Origin: Candidatus Woesearchaeota archaeon
GTDB lineage: Archaea > Nanobdellota > Nanobdellia > Pacearchaeales > GW2011-AR1
Direction: 5' to 3'
Length of the DNA stretch: 41,877 nucleotides
Assembly: GCA_964363545.1 (NCBI GenBank)
Contig: CAYIIQ010000001.1
Coordinates: 4,377-46,253, forward strand
Below the pieces are notes generated by a model that was given only the letters and a program-made list of their open reading frames with translations, searched no databases and was not told where the DNA came from. Shown one piece after another: positions 18,756-27,554 of the stretch. A program made the translations under genes and the position numbers. Within the stretch, counting starts at the first letter, position 1. Every line of letters begins with the position of its first letter.

Positions 18756-18983
18756 TCACTTCTTCTGGTGAGCAAGCAATTGATCCATCTTCTTGAGCAT
18801 CATTTGTTTTTCCACTTCTGTCATATTTCTCAATTTTTCAGGATGCGCATATCTTGCATGAGCAAATATAGCCTTCTTGACTTCGTCAATGCTATGAGTT
18901 GTCACACGAAAACCACAACCCTCAGCTCCAATATCCTTGCATGATAAAGTAAAAGTAGGATTCACAACACTTTTCTTTGCCAT
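18756..18983 (-). CDS. DUF1059 small metal-binding protein
   Basis: FTLSCKDIGAEGCGFRVTTHSIDEVKKAIFAHARYAHPE fits the pattern C-K-D-x-G-x-x-C-x-F ... H-x-x-x-x-H typical of DUF1059. Confidence 0.7.
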   Translation of the reverse strand: MAKKSVVNPTFTLSCKDIGAEGCGFRVTTHSIDEVKKAIFAHARYAHPEKLRNMTEVEKQMMLKKMDQLLAHQKK

Positions 18984-19107
18984 AATTTAAAAAGAAGGTA
19001 GAAGTATATAAATCTTTTCTCAGTATAGTGTCATTTATATCTGATAAATATTTTAAGAATAATCTTTTGTTCTGTATAAATTTTCTTTTTATAAAAAACT
19101 CCCAACC

Positions 19108-19560
19108 TTACTTAACTCTTCTTTCTTTAGGAATAAAATTAAAAAGTCTAAACTCATTAGCTTTTCCAGAACCAAGAAAATTCTCTCCATTTTTTACAAC
19201 AAAAAATCCTTTCATGTTTTTATCAACTTCTAAATTCTCCCCTCTCATCCATCTCGCACTCTCATTATCATTCAACTCAATAATATTTTTTTTAATTTCA
19301 TTTTTAAGTAAGTGTGTTGCATCAAGACTCAGTCTTATTCCATATTCCTCAATTCTTGCCAAATACAAACCAATTCCCTCAATTCTAATTAAACCATTAA
19401 TTTTGTGTATTTCTTCTTTCGACAAACTCCCACTAAAACCTCGAATTTTTTCTTTTCCAGATTTAATTAAAAGAAAATTTAATTTAGAAATACCATGTTG
19501 TTCTCTCAACAGTTCTAAAATTTCTTTTTTTTCAGATTTCTTCAAAAATTCAATTTTCAT
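19108..19560 (-). CDS. Nip7/UPF0113-like PUA-domain RNA-binding protein
   Basis: It is 150 aa. The C-terminal GFFVVKNGENFLGSGKANEFRLFNFIPKERRV resembles the PUA end of archaeal Nip7 homologs (hydrophobic strand, G-x-G, N-x-x-P/K-x-x-RR). Confidence 0.4.
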   Translation of the reverse strand: MKIEFLKKSEKKEILELLREQHGISKLNFLLIKSGKEKIRGFSGSLSKEEIHKINGLIRIEGIGLYLARIEEYGIRLSLDATHLLKNEIKKNIIELNDNESARWMRGENLEVDKNMKGFFVVKNGENFLGSGKANEFRLFNFIPKERRVK

Positions 19561-19568
19561 ATTTATAA

Positions 19569-21602
19569 CTAGCCAGAATGGCTTTCTTGAGCTATCATGG
19601 CAGTAGCATTTTTAAGTAAATGTCTCATTTCATGAAGATAATTTCTCTGCTCCCGAATAACTGACCCAATATAATTTTCAACATCTGAAAAATTCAAATT
19701 TCCAAGTATTTCTGGTCTTCTTGAGTGCGCTTTAAGATGTGCTTTTATCTCAACATAACGAAAATCATCAAGAGAAGGGGTTCTAGAATGTAACTCTCTT
19801 AATCCCTCTTTAATATGAGGCTCAACAAAATGTCTTAACGCATCTAGTCTTGTTCCAACATATTCGTAACCATTGTGAAGCTTCATCCTTATTCTGTCAA
19901 AAAGTGATTCTAAAGTTTTAGAAGCTTTTAGCACATGTGTATCTTCTTGAGATAGAACCTCTACACTAGCAACTGGCGATTCTTGAATTTCACTCCATGA
20001 ATATTCTTGCCAAGGCCCATATTCTCTCTCAGCTACTTGCTCCCTTATATGATTAGCTTGCCCTCTAAAATGTGTAAATTTTGCACAGTCTGAAAAGTAC
20101 TCATCAATAATATACTCGTATCCTTTAGTGCCCAAACCAAATCTTTCTCTTGCAATTTTATGAGCTTGAGGCAAGTATTTCCAAAATGTTAGTGCATTCT
20201 CTTTTGTAAGAATTCGCAAAACAGAAGCCACACTTTCACTTAAAGATCTTGTATTTCTTGTATCTGTAGGATCAAGCAACTGGAGTTGTCTCATAACTCT
20301 TTTAAAAAAAGCATCTGGATTATAAATCCTATCTAACAATTCTACATAAGCTTGTTCTGCTTCTCTAACAGAAAAATTATAAGGAATAAAATTCATAGTT
20401 CCATCAGAATTATTACCGCTACTTCTCGTCTTAAGTCTTCCTTCTTTTTTTAACCTATCCCACAATTTTGTGCTTGGCAATGCTGTCAAGAGTCCCATCA
20501 TAATTTCGGGAATGCCTGTAGAATTAAAGAATCTAGTTTGCGAAACAAGTGATTCAGGAGTATCACTATCAAAACCATATATTCCTCCTGCCATTACTCC
20601 TGCACCAGTTTCTTCAGAGATAAATTCTAACTTTTCTTTCATAGACTTATCTCCTCGCAAATTCTGGAATTTTCTTGTTTCTCTAAGAGCATCTTCATTA
20701 TTTGTCTCAACACCAATAAAAAATGAGATGAATTTAGTCTTACGAAACCATTCTCTTAACTCTTCCATTAGCGGTGATTCATCAGCTAATCGCATAGTAA
20801 GCTCAGTATATTTTGGAAAGTGAAATCCAATTCTTTCCTCTATTTTATAAAGATTTTTCAAAACATCCAAAGCCCACCTTGGATTTCCTATAAAATTATC
20901 ATCTACTAGAAAAAATTTACTTCTCCAGCCAAGATTGTATAATTGTTGAAGTGAAGTCTCTGTATATTCCCAAGGAGTTATTCTTGGTTTTTTTCCAAAC
21001 CTTTGTGTTATATCACAAAATTCACAATCTTCAGGACATCCTCTAGTAATTTGTAAAGCCATATTTAAATAGTTTCTTATATCTATCAAAGAAAAATCTG
21101 GCTGAAAAAATCTCTCAGGAATTGCTGCGGTTCCAGGATAAAATTTTTCTGCTGTTCCATTTCTAAGTCCAACTAATAAATCACCAATAACAATATCAGC
21201 TTCATTTTCTACTAAATGATCTGCAATATCCATCAATCTAGAGTCTCTATCAACAATAGTTCCTCCTGCAATTAGAATTTTTCCAGCTCTTTTAACAATC
21301 CTTGCATCTTCAAGAAATCCTCGCTCTTGCGCAATCATCCCTCCCATATAAACATGATCAGCATCTTTCACAAGCTTCTCTAATGGTCTTGGATCAACAT
21401 TTCTATCTACAACTAATATTTCGTCATAAAAAGGTCTAATATGATTCCCTAATCCTAATATACCAAGAGGAGGCATTAACGCCTTTGGTGTACCAAATCT
21501 GCTCGGTTGTACATACTTCATACTACGTTTAAAACTCCAAAAAGTATCATCATGAAAACGTGGATATACAAGAACTGCCTTTCGCCCAATTTTAGAGTCC
21601 AT
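19569..21602 (-). CDS. B12-binding-domain radical SAM protein with DUF4070-like C-terminal extension
   Basis: The N-terminus looks like a cobalamin-binding Rossmann region (VLVYPRF...PPLGILGLGNHIR...DADHVYMGGM). It carries the radical SAM cluster motif ITRGCPEDCEFCD (CxxxCxxC) and a long helical C-terminal region. The track start (21617) is a TTG; the ATG at 21602 lies 21 nt from a TATA-like box. Confidence 0.8.
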   Translation of the reverse strand: MDSKIGRKAVLVYPRFHDDTFWSFKRSMKYVQPSRFGTPKALMPPLGILGLGNHIRPFYDEILVVDRNVDPRPLEKLVKDADHVYMGGMIAQERGFLEDARIVKRAGKILIAGGTIVDRDSRLMDIADHLVENEADIVIGDLLVGLRNGTAEKFYPGTAAIPERFFQPDFSLIDIRNYLNMALQITRGCPEDCEFCDITQRFGKKPRITPWEYTETSLQQLYNLGWRSKFFLVDDNFIGNPRWALDVLKNLYKIEERIGFHFPKYTELTMRLADESPLMEELREWFRKTKFISFFIGVETNNEDALRETRKFQNLRGDKSMKEKLEFISEETGAGVMAGGIYGFDSDTPESLVSQTRFFNSTGIPEIMMGLLTALPSTKLWDRLKKEGRLKTRSSGNNSDGTMNFIPYNFSVREAEQAYVELLDRIYNPDAFFKRVMRQLQLLDPTDTRNTRSLSESVASVLRILTKENALTFWKYLPQAHKIARERFGLGTKGYEYIIDEYFSDCAKFTHFRGQANHIREQVAEREYGPWQEYSWSEIQESPVASVEVLSQEDTHVLKASKTLESLFDRIRMKLHNGYEYVGTRLDALRHFVEPHIKEGLRELHSRTPSLDDFRYVEIKAHLKAHSRRPEILGNLNFSDVENYIGSVIREQRNYLHEMRHLLKNATAMIAQESHSG

Positions 21603-21728
21603 TAAAAAATAAAACAAAGTAACTTTATTAAGTTATTGTTAAGCAGACTAGAAACTTTATGTAAAAAATAGGTAAGAACAAAATAAATGGCAAATTAAAT
21701 ATAAAAACTCAATTTTTCTAATATAACT

Positions 21729-22376
21729 ATGAAAGTTAAAGAGATAATCAAAAATATATTTCATATCAGTTTTTCAACGCAACATGAGCTTGCATCAACA
21801 TTTCTTAGATTTCAAGAGTATTACGAGTCGCCAAAATTCAGAGGCAAGATTTTTTCTTTTTATGAGTACAAAAAATGGTATACAGCCAACTCGCCAAAAG
21901 GCAAAAAAACAGGAAAATTCACATACTACAAAGACTGGGGAGGTTTCAACATTCCTTCCTATGTTCTAAAACCATTTTATCAAGGAAAATTTAATCCTTT
22001 GTCAAATAAAGAAAAAAAATTCCTCAGAGCTTTTAAAAATAAAGCTAATATAAAATTTTACATTATAGGAACTGTTGCATCAAATGTAGGTTTAAAACAT
22101 GAAATCGCGCACGGACTGTTCTATAACAACCCACAATACAAGAAAGAAGTAATAAAAATACTCTCAAAAATTGATAAAAAAAACAGGGAAAAAATAAACG
22201 ATTATCTAAAAAAAAGAGGCGGCTACCATAAATCTGTGTGGACAGACGAAACTCATGCATATTTAATAACACAATCAGAAAAAATAAAAAAATCTGGAGT
22301 CAATCCCTCGATAGTTTCAAAGCTGAATAAAAACTTAAATAATTTGCTTGAAAAGTATTTAAAAGTAAGTATTTAA
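21729..22376 (+). CDS. hypothetical protein with HExxH motif
   Basis: A 215-aa K-rich soluble protein. Its only recognisable feature is LKHEIAHGLFY, an HExxH zinc-metallopeptidase-like motif. Confidence 0.45.
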   Translation: MKVKEIIKNIFHISFSTQHELASTFLRFQEYYESPKFRGKIFSFYEYKKWYTANSPKGKKTGKFTYYKDWGGFNIPSYVLKPFYQGKFNPLSNKEKKFLRAFKNKANIKFYIIGTVASNVGLKHEIAHGLFYNNPQYKKEVIKILSKIDKKNREKINDYLKKRGGYHKSVWTDETHAYLITQSEKIKKSGVNPSIVSKLNKNLNNLLEKYLKVSI

Positions 22377-22418
22377 CAAAGTAGATAAATTTATAAGAAA
22401 CAGAGAATAAATCTAAAT

Positions 22419-22676
22419 ATGAAAAAAGTTGAAAAAGTTAATAAAAAATATGCTATTTCAAACGGACAATTTATATATTATATTTTTTTAAGTGTATTTA
22501 TCTCGATTTTAGCTGTCTTCAGTTTAAATAACTCTATAACTGGACTCGCTGTAGCAAATAATGCAACTAATGGAAAAATAGCATTATTTCTTTTATTTTT
22601 GTTTTCATTAATTGTCTTTTTCGTAATTATTTTAATTGTTTATTATACAAAATTGAAAAAAATGAAAATTATTTAG
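22419..22676 (+). CDS. small 2-TM membrane protein, paralog of the C-terminal tail of the 23985-25754 ligase
   Basis: FIYYIFLSVFISILAVFSLNNSITGLAVANNATNGKIALFLLFLFSLIVFFVIILIVYYTKLKKMKII aligns with the ligase C-terminus VLNYVLLSIFLSVVSFISIGNMTSYAIFENLESGKLALLFFLVPLAVFIVVILIVYYIKLKKMKVI. Confidence 0.65.
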   Translation: MKKVEKVNKKYAISNGQFIYYIFLSVFISILAVFSLNNSITGLAVANNATNGKIALFLLFLFSLIVFFVIILIVYYTKLKKMKII

Positions 22677-22728
22677 ACTACTTCAAATACAATAAATTTA
22701 TAAACACTATTTTATAGTGGTATTGTTA

Positions 22729-23988
22729 ATGGGACCACCTCAACAGTTATACCGGCAACAAAAAATACAAAATAGAAGAAGAAAAATTCTATCTTCACTT
22801 GCAAGTCTTCTTGTAGGAGCTAGTACAATTGGATGTTCTTTAGATCATGGTGTTCCGGTATTTTTAGAGAAAGTAGAAAGAAAACTAAATCTAAAACCAA
22901 AACCTTTACAAACAGAGCCTTACAACATTGAAATTACACTAGAAAGAACAGAAAGTGACGAAAGTAAAAGAGAAAAAATCGAACAAGCAATTAAAGAAGC
23001 AAAAGAAAAAGAAGGAAAAACAAGACTAACACAAAGAGCTTCTACACCTTTTCTTTATTTAACTCAACCAACATATTCAACTACAGAGCCAGCAAAAATC
23101 ACGCAAACAAATCAATCTCTAGATTTAGAAGAAATAGAGCAAGAATATAATGTAGAATATGAATTTCTCGGAAGAAAAGTGAGAAGAAAGTATCCTCTAG
23201 ATTTAAGTGAGGTTCTTAGAAATCCTGATGCGATATTTTTCTCTACAACAGCCTCATTTCCAAAATTAAGTGAAGCGGAAAGATTGACTGGGTTAACCAG
23301 TAAGTTAATGTCAATTCCAGCTCCTTTTGGGGGTAATTTCAGAACCTTTGACGATGAAGCAGACAAAGGCCGATTGATCTTGCCTGCATTTGGAGTAATG
23401 TACTCTTTCCAACAATATGATTTAAACGCGCTACCGGACTGGCTTCAGGAATTTTTAAAAAAATATGTTTGGAACTTAAGTGCCTCGTACGGAAAAGGAA
23501 GTGTAAAAAGTGAGAAAAGAGGATTAATTGATGCAGATTTAGAAATAATTAGAGAGTCGTTAGTTGCTCAACTGGGACTAAACTACTTTCCAAAGCCCGA
23601 AGGTTTCAAAATTCCAAACATACTAAATGAAAAAAATCCGCTTAAAGTCTGGTTAAGCCTCGACACATCATTAGATTATTACTTTGCAGCAGGAGCTGAA
23701 AGTATTTTTGAAACAGGATTAATAGGAGGCCCAACAATTATGAGAACAAAGCTGCATTCCCAAACAAATGGGCTGGGATTTTCTGGTGGAGCCTCTTTAT
23801 ATTTCAAACCATTAAAAGAACTCTGGCCTACATCAATTATAGATCCAGATAGAGTTACATTCTTTTTAGCTGGAGGTTACAATTATTTTGAAAAAGATTC
23901 TCCAAAATATCATGGTTTAATTCCTGCTCCAGAATTTGATTTCAGAGGCCCGAAGGCTTCGTTTGGAGTTATAATTAATTTACCCTAA
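22729..23988 (+). CDS. putative exported lipobox protein with G/Y/F-rich beta-strand-like C-terminal half
   Basis: The track start (22717) is a GTG; the ATG at 22729 lies 24 nt from AAATTTATAAA. The N-terminus NRRRKILSSLASLLVGASTIGCS has twin-arginine-like and lipobox-like elements. The C-terminus shows alternating-hydrophobic segments (GFSGGASLYFKP, VTFFLAGGYNYF, ASFGVIINLP). Confidence 0.5.
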   Translation: MGPPQQLYRQQKIQNRRRKILSSLASLLVGASTIGCSLDHGVPVFLEKVERKLNLKPKPLQTEPYNIEITLERTESDESKREKIEQAIKEAKEKEGKTRLTQRASTPFLYLTQPTYSTTEPAKITQTNQSLDLEEIEQEYNVEYEFLGRKVRRKYPLDLSEVLRNPDAIFFSTTASFPKLSEAERLTGLTSKLMSIPAPFGGNFRTFDDEADKGRLILPAFGVMYSFQQYDLNALPDWLQEFLKKYVWNLSASYGKGSVKSEKRGLIDADLEIIRESLVAQLGLNYFPKPEGFKIPNILNEKNPLKVWLSLDTSLDYYFAAGAESIFETGLIGGPTIMRTKLHSQTNGLGFSGGASLYFKPLKELWPTSIIDPDRVTFFLAGGYNYFEKDSPKYHGLIPAPEFDFRGPKASFGVIINLP

Positions 23989-25754
23989 ATCACTTTCATC
24001 TTTTTTAACTTAATGTAGTAAACAATCAAAATTACAACAATGAAAACAGCTAGAGGAACTAAAAAAAATAATAAAGCAAGTTTTCCAGATTCTAGATTCT
24101 CAAATATAGCATAACTCGTCATATTACCGATGCTTATAAAACTAACAACAGAAAGAAAAATACTTAACAAAACATAATTCAAAACTTCTCTACCAGTTAT
24201 AATATACTGGTGTTTAATTCTTTCCTTTTCTGTTACAAAGGGCCCCTCTCCAAAATTATAAACCTCAACAACAGGATCAACAACTTTCTTGTCTTTTAAA
24301 TAAGATTCTTCAAAATCTCTGTTTATCTCGCACAAATTTCTAACAATGACATCATGGTATTTACTTTCTAAACTTCTCGTAAATTTAACATCTTTATCTA
24401 ACTCAAAGAAAATAAAAAATCTTACGTTTTTTTCAGAATCATAATCTAATTTTATTTTAAAAGAACTCGTAATTTTACTTAATTCCTTGTCTCTCTTAAT
24501 ACTTAAATCAATTTGTTCAGGATAAACATTAGCCCCATCGATACTTATGGTTCCATCGCTTCTACCATAAACATATAAGAAAGGTAAATGTAGGATATCT
24601 TCTTCTATTCCACCTTGATTAATAAAATCATTAATAAAATCCTCATCATACTCTAACAACTTATTCGTTATCTCATTAAAGCTATATTTTCCACCTTCAT
24701 CGCGAACATTATACTTAATCTTCGGAGAAACTACGTTTTTATCCAATAAAGTTATATAAAACTCTTGAACTTTTTTCCTCCCTATTCTTCGTGTGGTATT
24801 TTGAATATGGTGTTGTATAGGATCGTACTGAAATATCATCGGTAATCTTGAATCATCTACAAATAAAAATTTCTTTAACCTTTTATCTTTGTCGCATCTC
24901 TTTCTAATGTAAGTACTTAAAGGTGTCTCAAACGCTATTCCAATATCAACGTCTGAACAGCCATAAGAAGAGATTATAATAGGATTATTCAAATTTTTTT
25001 TCATATAATCTCTCCATGCCTCAACAAAACCCTCTCCACCCGTAACAAAGTCAACTTTGTAATCTTTCCAATTAATTTTCTTTTTTCCTTCATCAATAAG
25101 AGTCTTAAGAAAGGGAGGATAACCTGCAATTAAGTAGTTATATTTATTCCCGAATATTTTGAGTGTATCGATTATTTTTTCAACATCAGGTCCTGTACTC
25201 TTAACTAAAGAAAATTTCTCAACTAACTCTGCAAATCTTATACCCGTTGCCCAAGCACCCAAAGACCAAGCACCAATAAGGATGTAATTTTTATTTTTAG
25301 GTTTGTAAGTATAAAAATATTCAAACTCCGCATCTTTGTTTAGTCTTGCATTTTCTTCTACAGATCTGACCCACTCTGTAGGAATTCCTGAACTGCCAGA
25401 ACTCTCGTCTATACTTCCATGTTCTGGAAGTTTCCCATACCTGCATCTATCTTCATAAGAATATCGTTTAATATAATTCTCTTTTGTCGTTATAGGAACA
25501 AGTTTATCAAAATCCTCAATGCCCCTAATTTCATTAAAATCTATTTTACTTTTTTTTAAAAAAGATGTATAAGCTGGAACGGTCTTAGCAGAACCACGAA
25601 AAATTTCTAAGGTTTTCCGATTTGAAATTTCCTCTAAAACATCTGGATCGACCCGATTTAAAAATTTTTTTGTAATGTTGAAGTTACTTTCAAAAATAGG
25701 AGCAATAACTTCGACTAAACCAGGAAAAAATCTCCGAAAAAAGCCTTTTTGCAT
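23985..25754 (-). CDS. PaaK/coenzyme-F390-synthetase-family adenylate-forming enzyme fused to a C-terminal 2-TM membrane anchor
   Basis: The AMP-binding P-loop is SSGSSGIPTEWV (compare TSGTTGKPT). The family layout is present (VPAYTSFL...DFDKLPITTKENY...GGEGF...SYGCSDV). The last ~65 aa form two TM helices. Its stop overlaps the stop of the convergent 22729 gene. Confidence 0.7.
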   Translation of the reverse strand: MQKGFFRRFFPGLVEVIAPIFESNFNITKKFLNRVDPDVLEEISNRKTLEIFRGSAKTVPAYTSFLKKSKIDFNEIRGIEDFDKLVPITTKENYIKRYSYEDRCRYGKLPEHGSIDESSGSSGIPTEWVRSVEENARLNKDAEFEYFYTYKPKNKNYILIGAWSLGAWATGIRFAELVEKFSLVKSTGPDVEKIIDTLKIFGNKYNYLIAGYPPFLKTLIDEGKKKINWKDYKVDFVTGGEGFVEAWRDYMKKNLNNPIIISSYGCSDVDIGIAFETPLSTYIRKRCDKDKRLKKFLFVDDSRLPMIFQYDPIQHHIQNTTRRIGRKKVQEFYITLLDKNVVSPKIKYNVRDEGGKYSFNEITNKLLEYDEDFINDFINQGGIEEDILHLPFLYVYGRSDGTISIDGANVYPEQIDLSIKRDKELSKITSSFKIKLDYDSEKNVRFFIFFELDKDVKFTRSLESKYHDVIVRNLCEINRDFEESYLKDKKVVDPVVEVYNFGEGPFVTEKERIKHQYIITGREVLNYVLLSIFLSVVSFISIGNMTSYAIFENLESGKLALLFFLVPLAVFIVVILIVYYIKLKKMKVI

Positions 25755-25893
25755 AATTTATCAAATCCTATAAATATATAAAATTTTGTTTTTTATAAGA
25801 TATTTTTGTAATAATTTCTTAGTAATAAAATTTAAAAAGTATGTTGCAGATAACTATACAAATAAATTTTAATCAAAATGTAGTTTATTTAGC

Positions 25894-27549
25894 ATGCCAT
25901 CAGAAATTTTGGAAAGGCTTGGAATAATAGAATATCCTTTTAAGAAAGAAGTATCTTGCATATATCCTTTAGTTGCTTTAAGGTTAGCTGACGAGTCAAT
26001 TACAAGCGATAGATATAAAACAACTGATAGAGAAAATGCCATTCATTCAAGTAGACTTTCAAACAGAATTTTAGATTATGTCCACTCTCATCACTCTCCA
26101 CATATCTCCAGACAAGAACTTGAAGAGGTGGTTAGAAACCAACATGAAAAAATAGACTATCTTACTTATATTTCTTTATTCGAAGCGGTTGCTCAAATGG
26201 CAGAGATTCCTAATGTATATAGAGAAGTAGGAAAAAGAGTGGTTACAACCGATTTCAGACATATTGCACTAGCAAGAACGACATTAACAATAGATTTTCT
26301 ATACAGATATGCAAGCACTCACGTAGGAAATTTTACAACGCTTGTTGATATGTGGTGGGAAGATTGTAGTAAACACTTTCTTAATAGAAAAAGGAGGGGT
26401 ATAATGACTAAGACGACGAAACAAGAGGCAATTCTCCAACTTATTGAGAGGTTTGGCGAAAAATTAACTGAAAAGATCTTAGATAATGATGATGAATTCA
26501 CAGAAGAATTTCTTAAATCTATGCCTACAATATACACCTACCCAAATGGTGTTCCAAAGCCGCCTGCAAGAATTATAGATAAAAATGAAGAATGTAATGT
26601 AAACAAAGGAACTGATAAAAGAGTTTACACTTTAGAATACGTGCCTACAACATTAATAGAAAGAATAATGACGCCCATAAGTACAATTAGAAGAAGAAGA
26701 TTAAAAGAAACTGAAATAAGCACGATGCAAATTGCATTCGATCAATTGTTAGAGAGAGAAGAAGAGAGAAGAAGAGAAGCAGAGAGAAGAGAACAAGAAA
26801 AAGCTAAAGAATTAGATGCGGGTAGAGAATTTCATAGATCACATCTTCCAAAAGTAGAAGATACCGACAAGTTATCTTTTGGAAAGTTTTATGAAAGCAC
26901 GCATGATATAGGAGGAGATATTTATGATGTACTAAAAATAGACGATGAAAATACAGCATTTTATGTTGCAGATGTAACCGGCCATGGACTACCCCAATCC
27001 TATCGAACACTACAATTACTAGACGACATCAGATCTCTAGATGGAGAAACAAAAAAATCTCCAGGAAAATTATTATCAACAATCCAAAAACGATTTGGTG
27101 AAAAATTAATGAGTAATGGATGGTTTATAACAATGGCTTATTTTGTTATAAATAATAATGGAAAAGTAAGATATTGTAATGCAGGACACGAATTTTATAG
27201 AGTTTTTAATCAGTTAAATGGAAAATTATTTGGCAATGAGCAAATGGGTGGTTCTTCTGCTTTTCCGATAGGATTTCCTGATACAACTGACGAAAATTAC
27301 ACTAATCAGGAAAGAGAATTTCAGATTGAACGAGGAGATATATTACTGCTTTATACAGACGGATTTTGGGAAGAAATGAATCCAAATGGTGAGCAATTCG
27401 GAGAAGAAAAATTAGTTGAATCGTTTAGAACAAGTCGTAAACCAACAATAGAAGGGAAAATAGAAGATGTGATAGCAGACCTTAAAGAATACTCAAAAAA
27501 GACCAGATTTAGTGATGATTTAACAATGATTGGAGTTCAACTTATATAA
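25894..27549 (+). CDS. SpoIIE/RsbU-type PP2C serine phosphatase with ~300-aa unknown N-terminal domain and charged coiled-coil linker
   Basis: The C-terminal domain reads GGDIYDVLKIDDENTAFYVADVTGHGLPQS ... ITMAYFVINNNGKVRYCNAGHE ... GDILLLYTDGFWE ... FSDDLTMIGVQL, matching the metal-binding D/DG/DD motifs of PPM/SpoIIE. The linker is EREEERRREAERREQEKAKE. Confidence 0.85.
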   Translation: MPSEILERLGIIEYPFKKEVSCIYPLVALRLADESITSDRYKTTDRENAIHSSRLSNRILDYVHSHHSPHISRQELEEVVRNQHEKIDYLTYISLFEAVAQMAEIPNVYREVGKRVVTTDFRHIALARTTLTIDFLYRYASTHVGNFTTLVDMWWEDCSKHFLNRKRRGIMTKTTKQEAILQLIERFGEKLTEKILDNDDEFTEEFLKSMPTIYTYPNGVPKPPARIIDKNEECNVNKGTDKRVYTLEYVPTTLIERIMTPISTIRRRRLKETEISTMQIAFDQLLEREEERRREAERREQEKAKELDAGREFHRSHLPKVEDTDKLSFGKFYESTHDIGGDIYDVLKIDDENTAFYVADVTGHGLPQSYRTLQLLDDIRSLDGETKKSPGKLLSTIQKRFGEKLMSNGWFITMAYFVINNNGKVRYCNAGHEFYRVFNQLNGKLFGNEQMGGSSAFPIGFPDTTDENYTNQEREFQIERGDILLLYTDGFWEEMNPNGEQFGEEKLVESFRTSRKPTIEGKIEDVIADLKEYSKKTRFSDDLTMIGVQLI

Positions 27550-27554
27550 CAACC

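Noticed and set aside
19028-19606. 192-aa plus-strand ORF covering the Nip7-like gene
   Set aside because: It is fully antisense to a better-supported gene. It starts at a non-ATG codon, and its F/L/S/I-rich low-complexity translation is typical of the reverse complement of a K/E-rich AT-rich gene.
20470-20823. 117-aa plus-strand ORF within the radical SAM gene, and similar internal ORFs in 30201-36820
   Set aside because: They are shadow ORFs opposite long, well-supported genes. They have no promoter spacing signature and no recognisable motifs.
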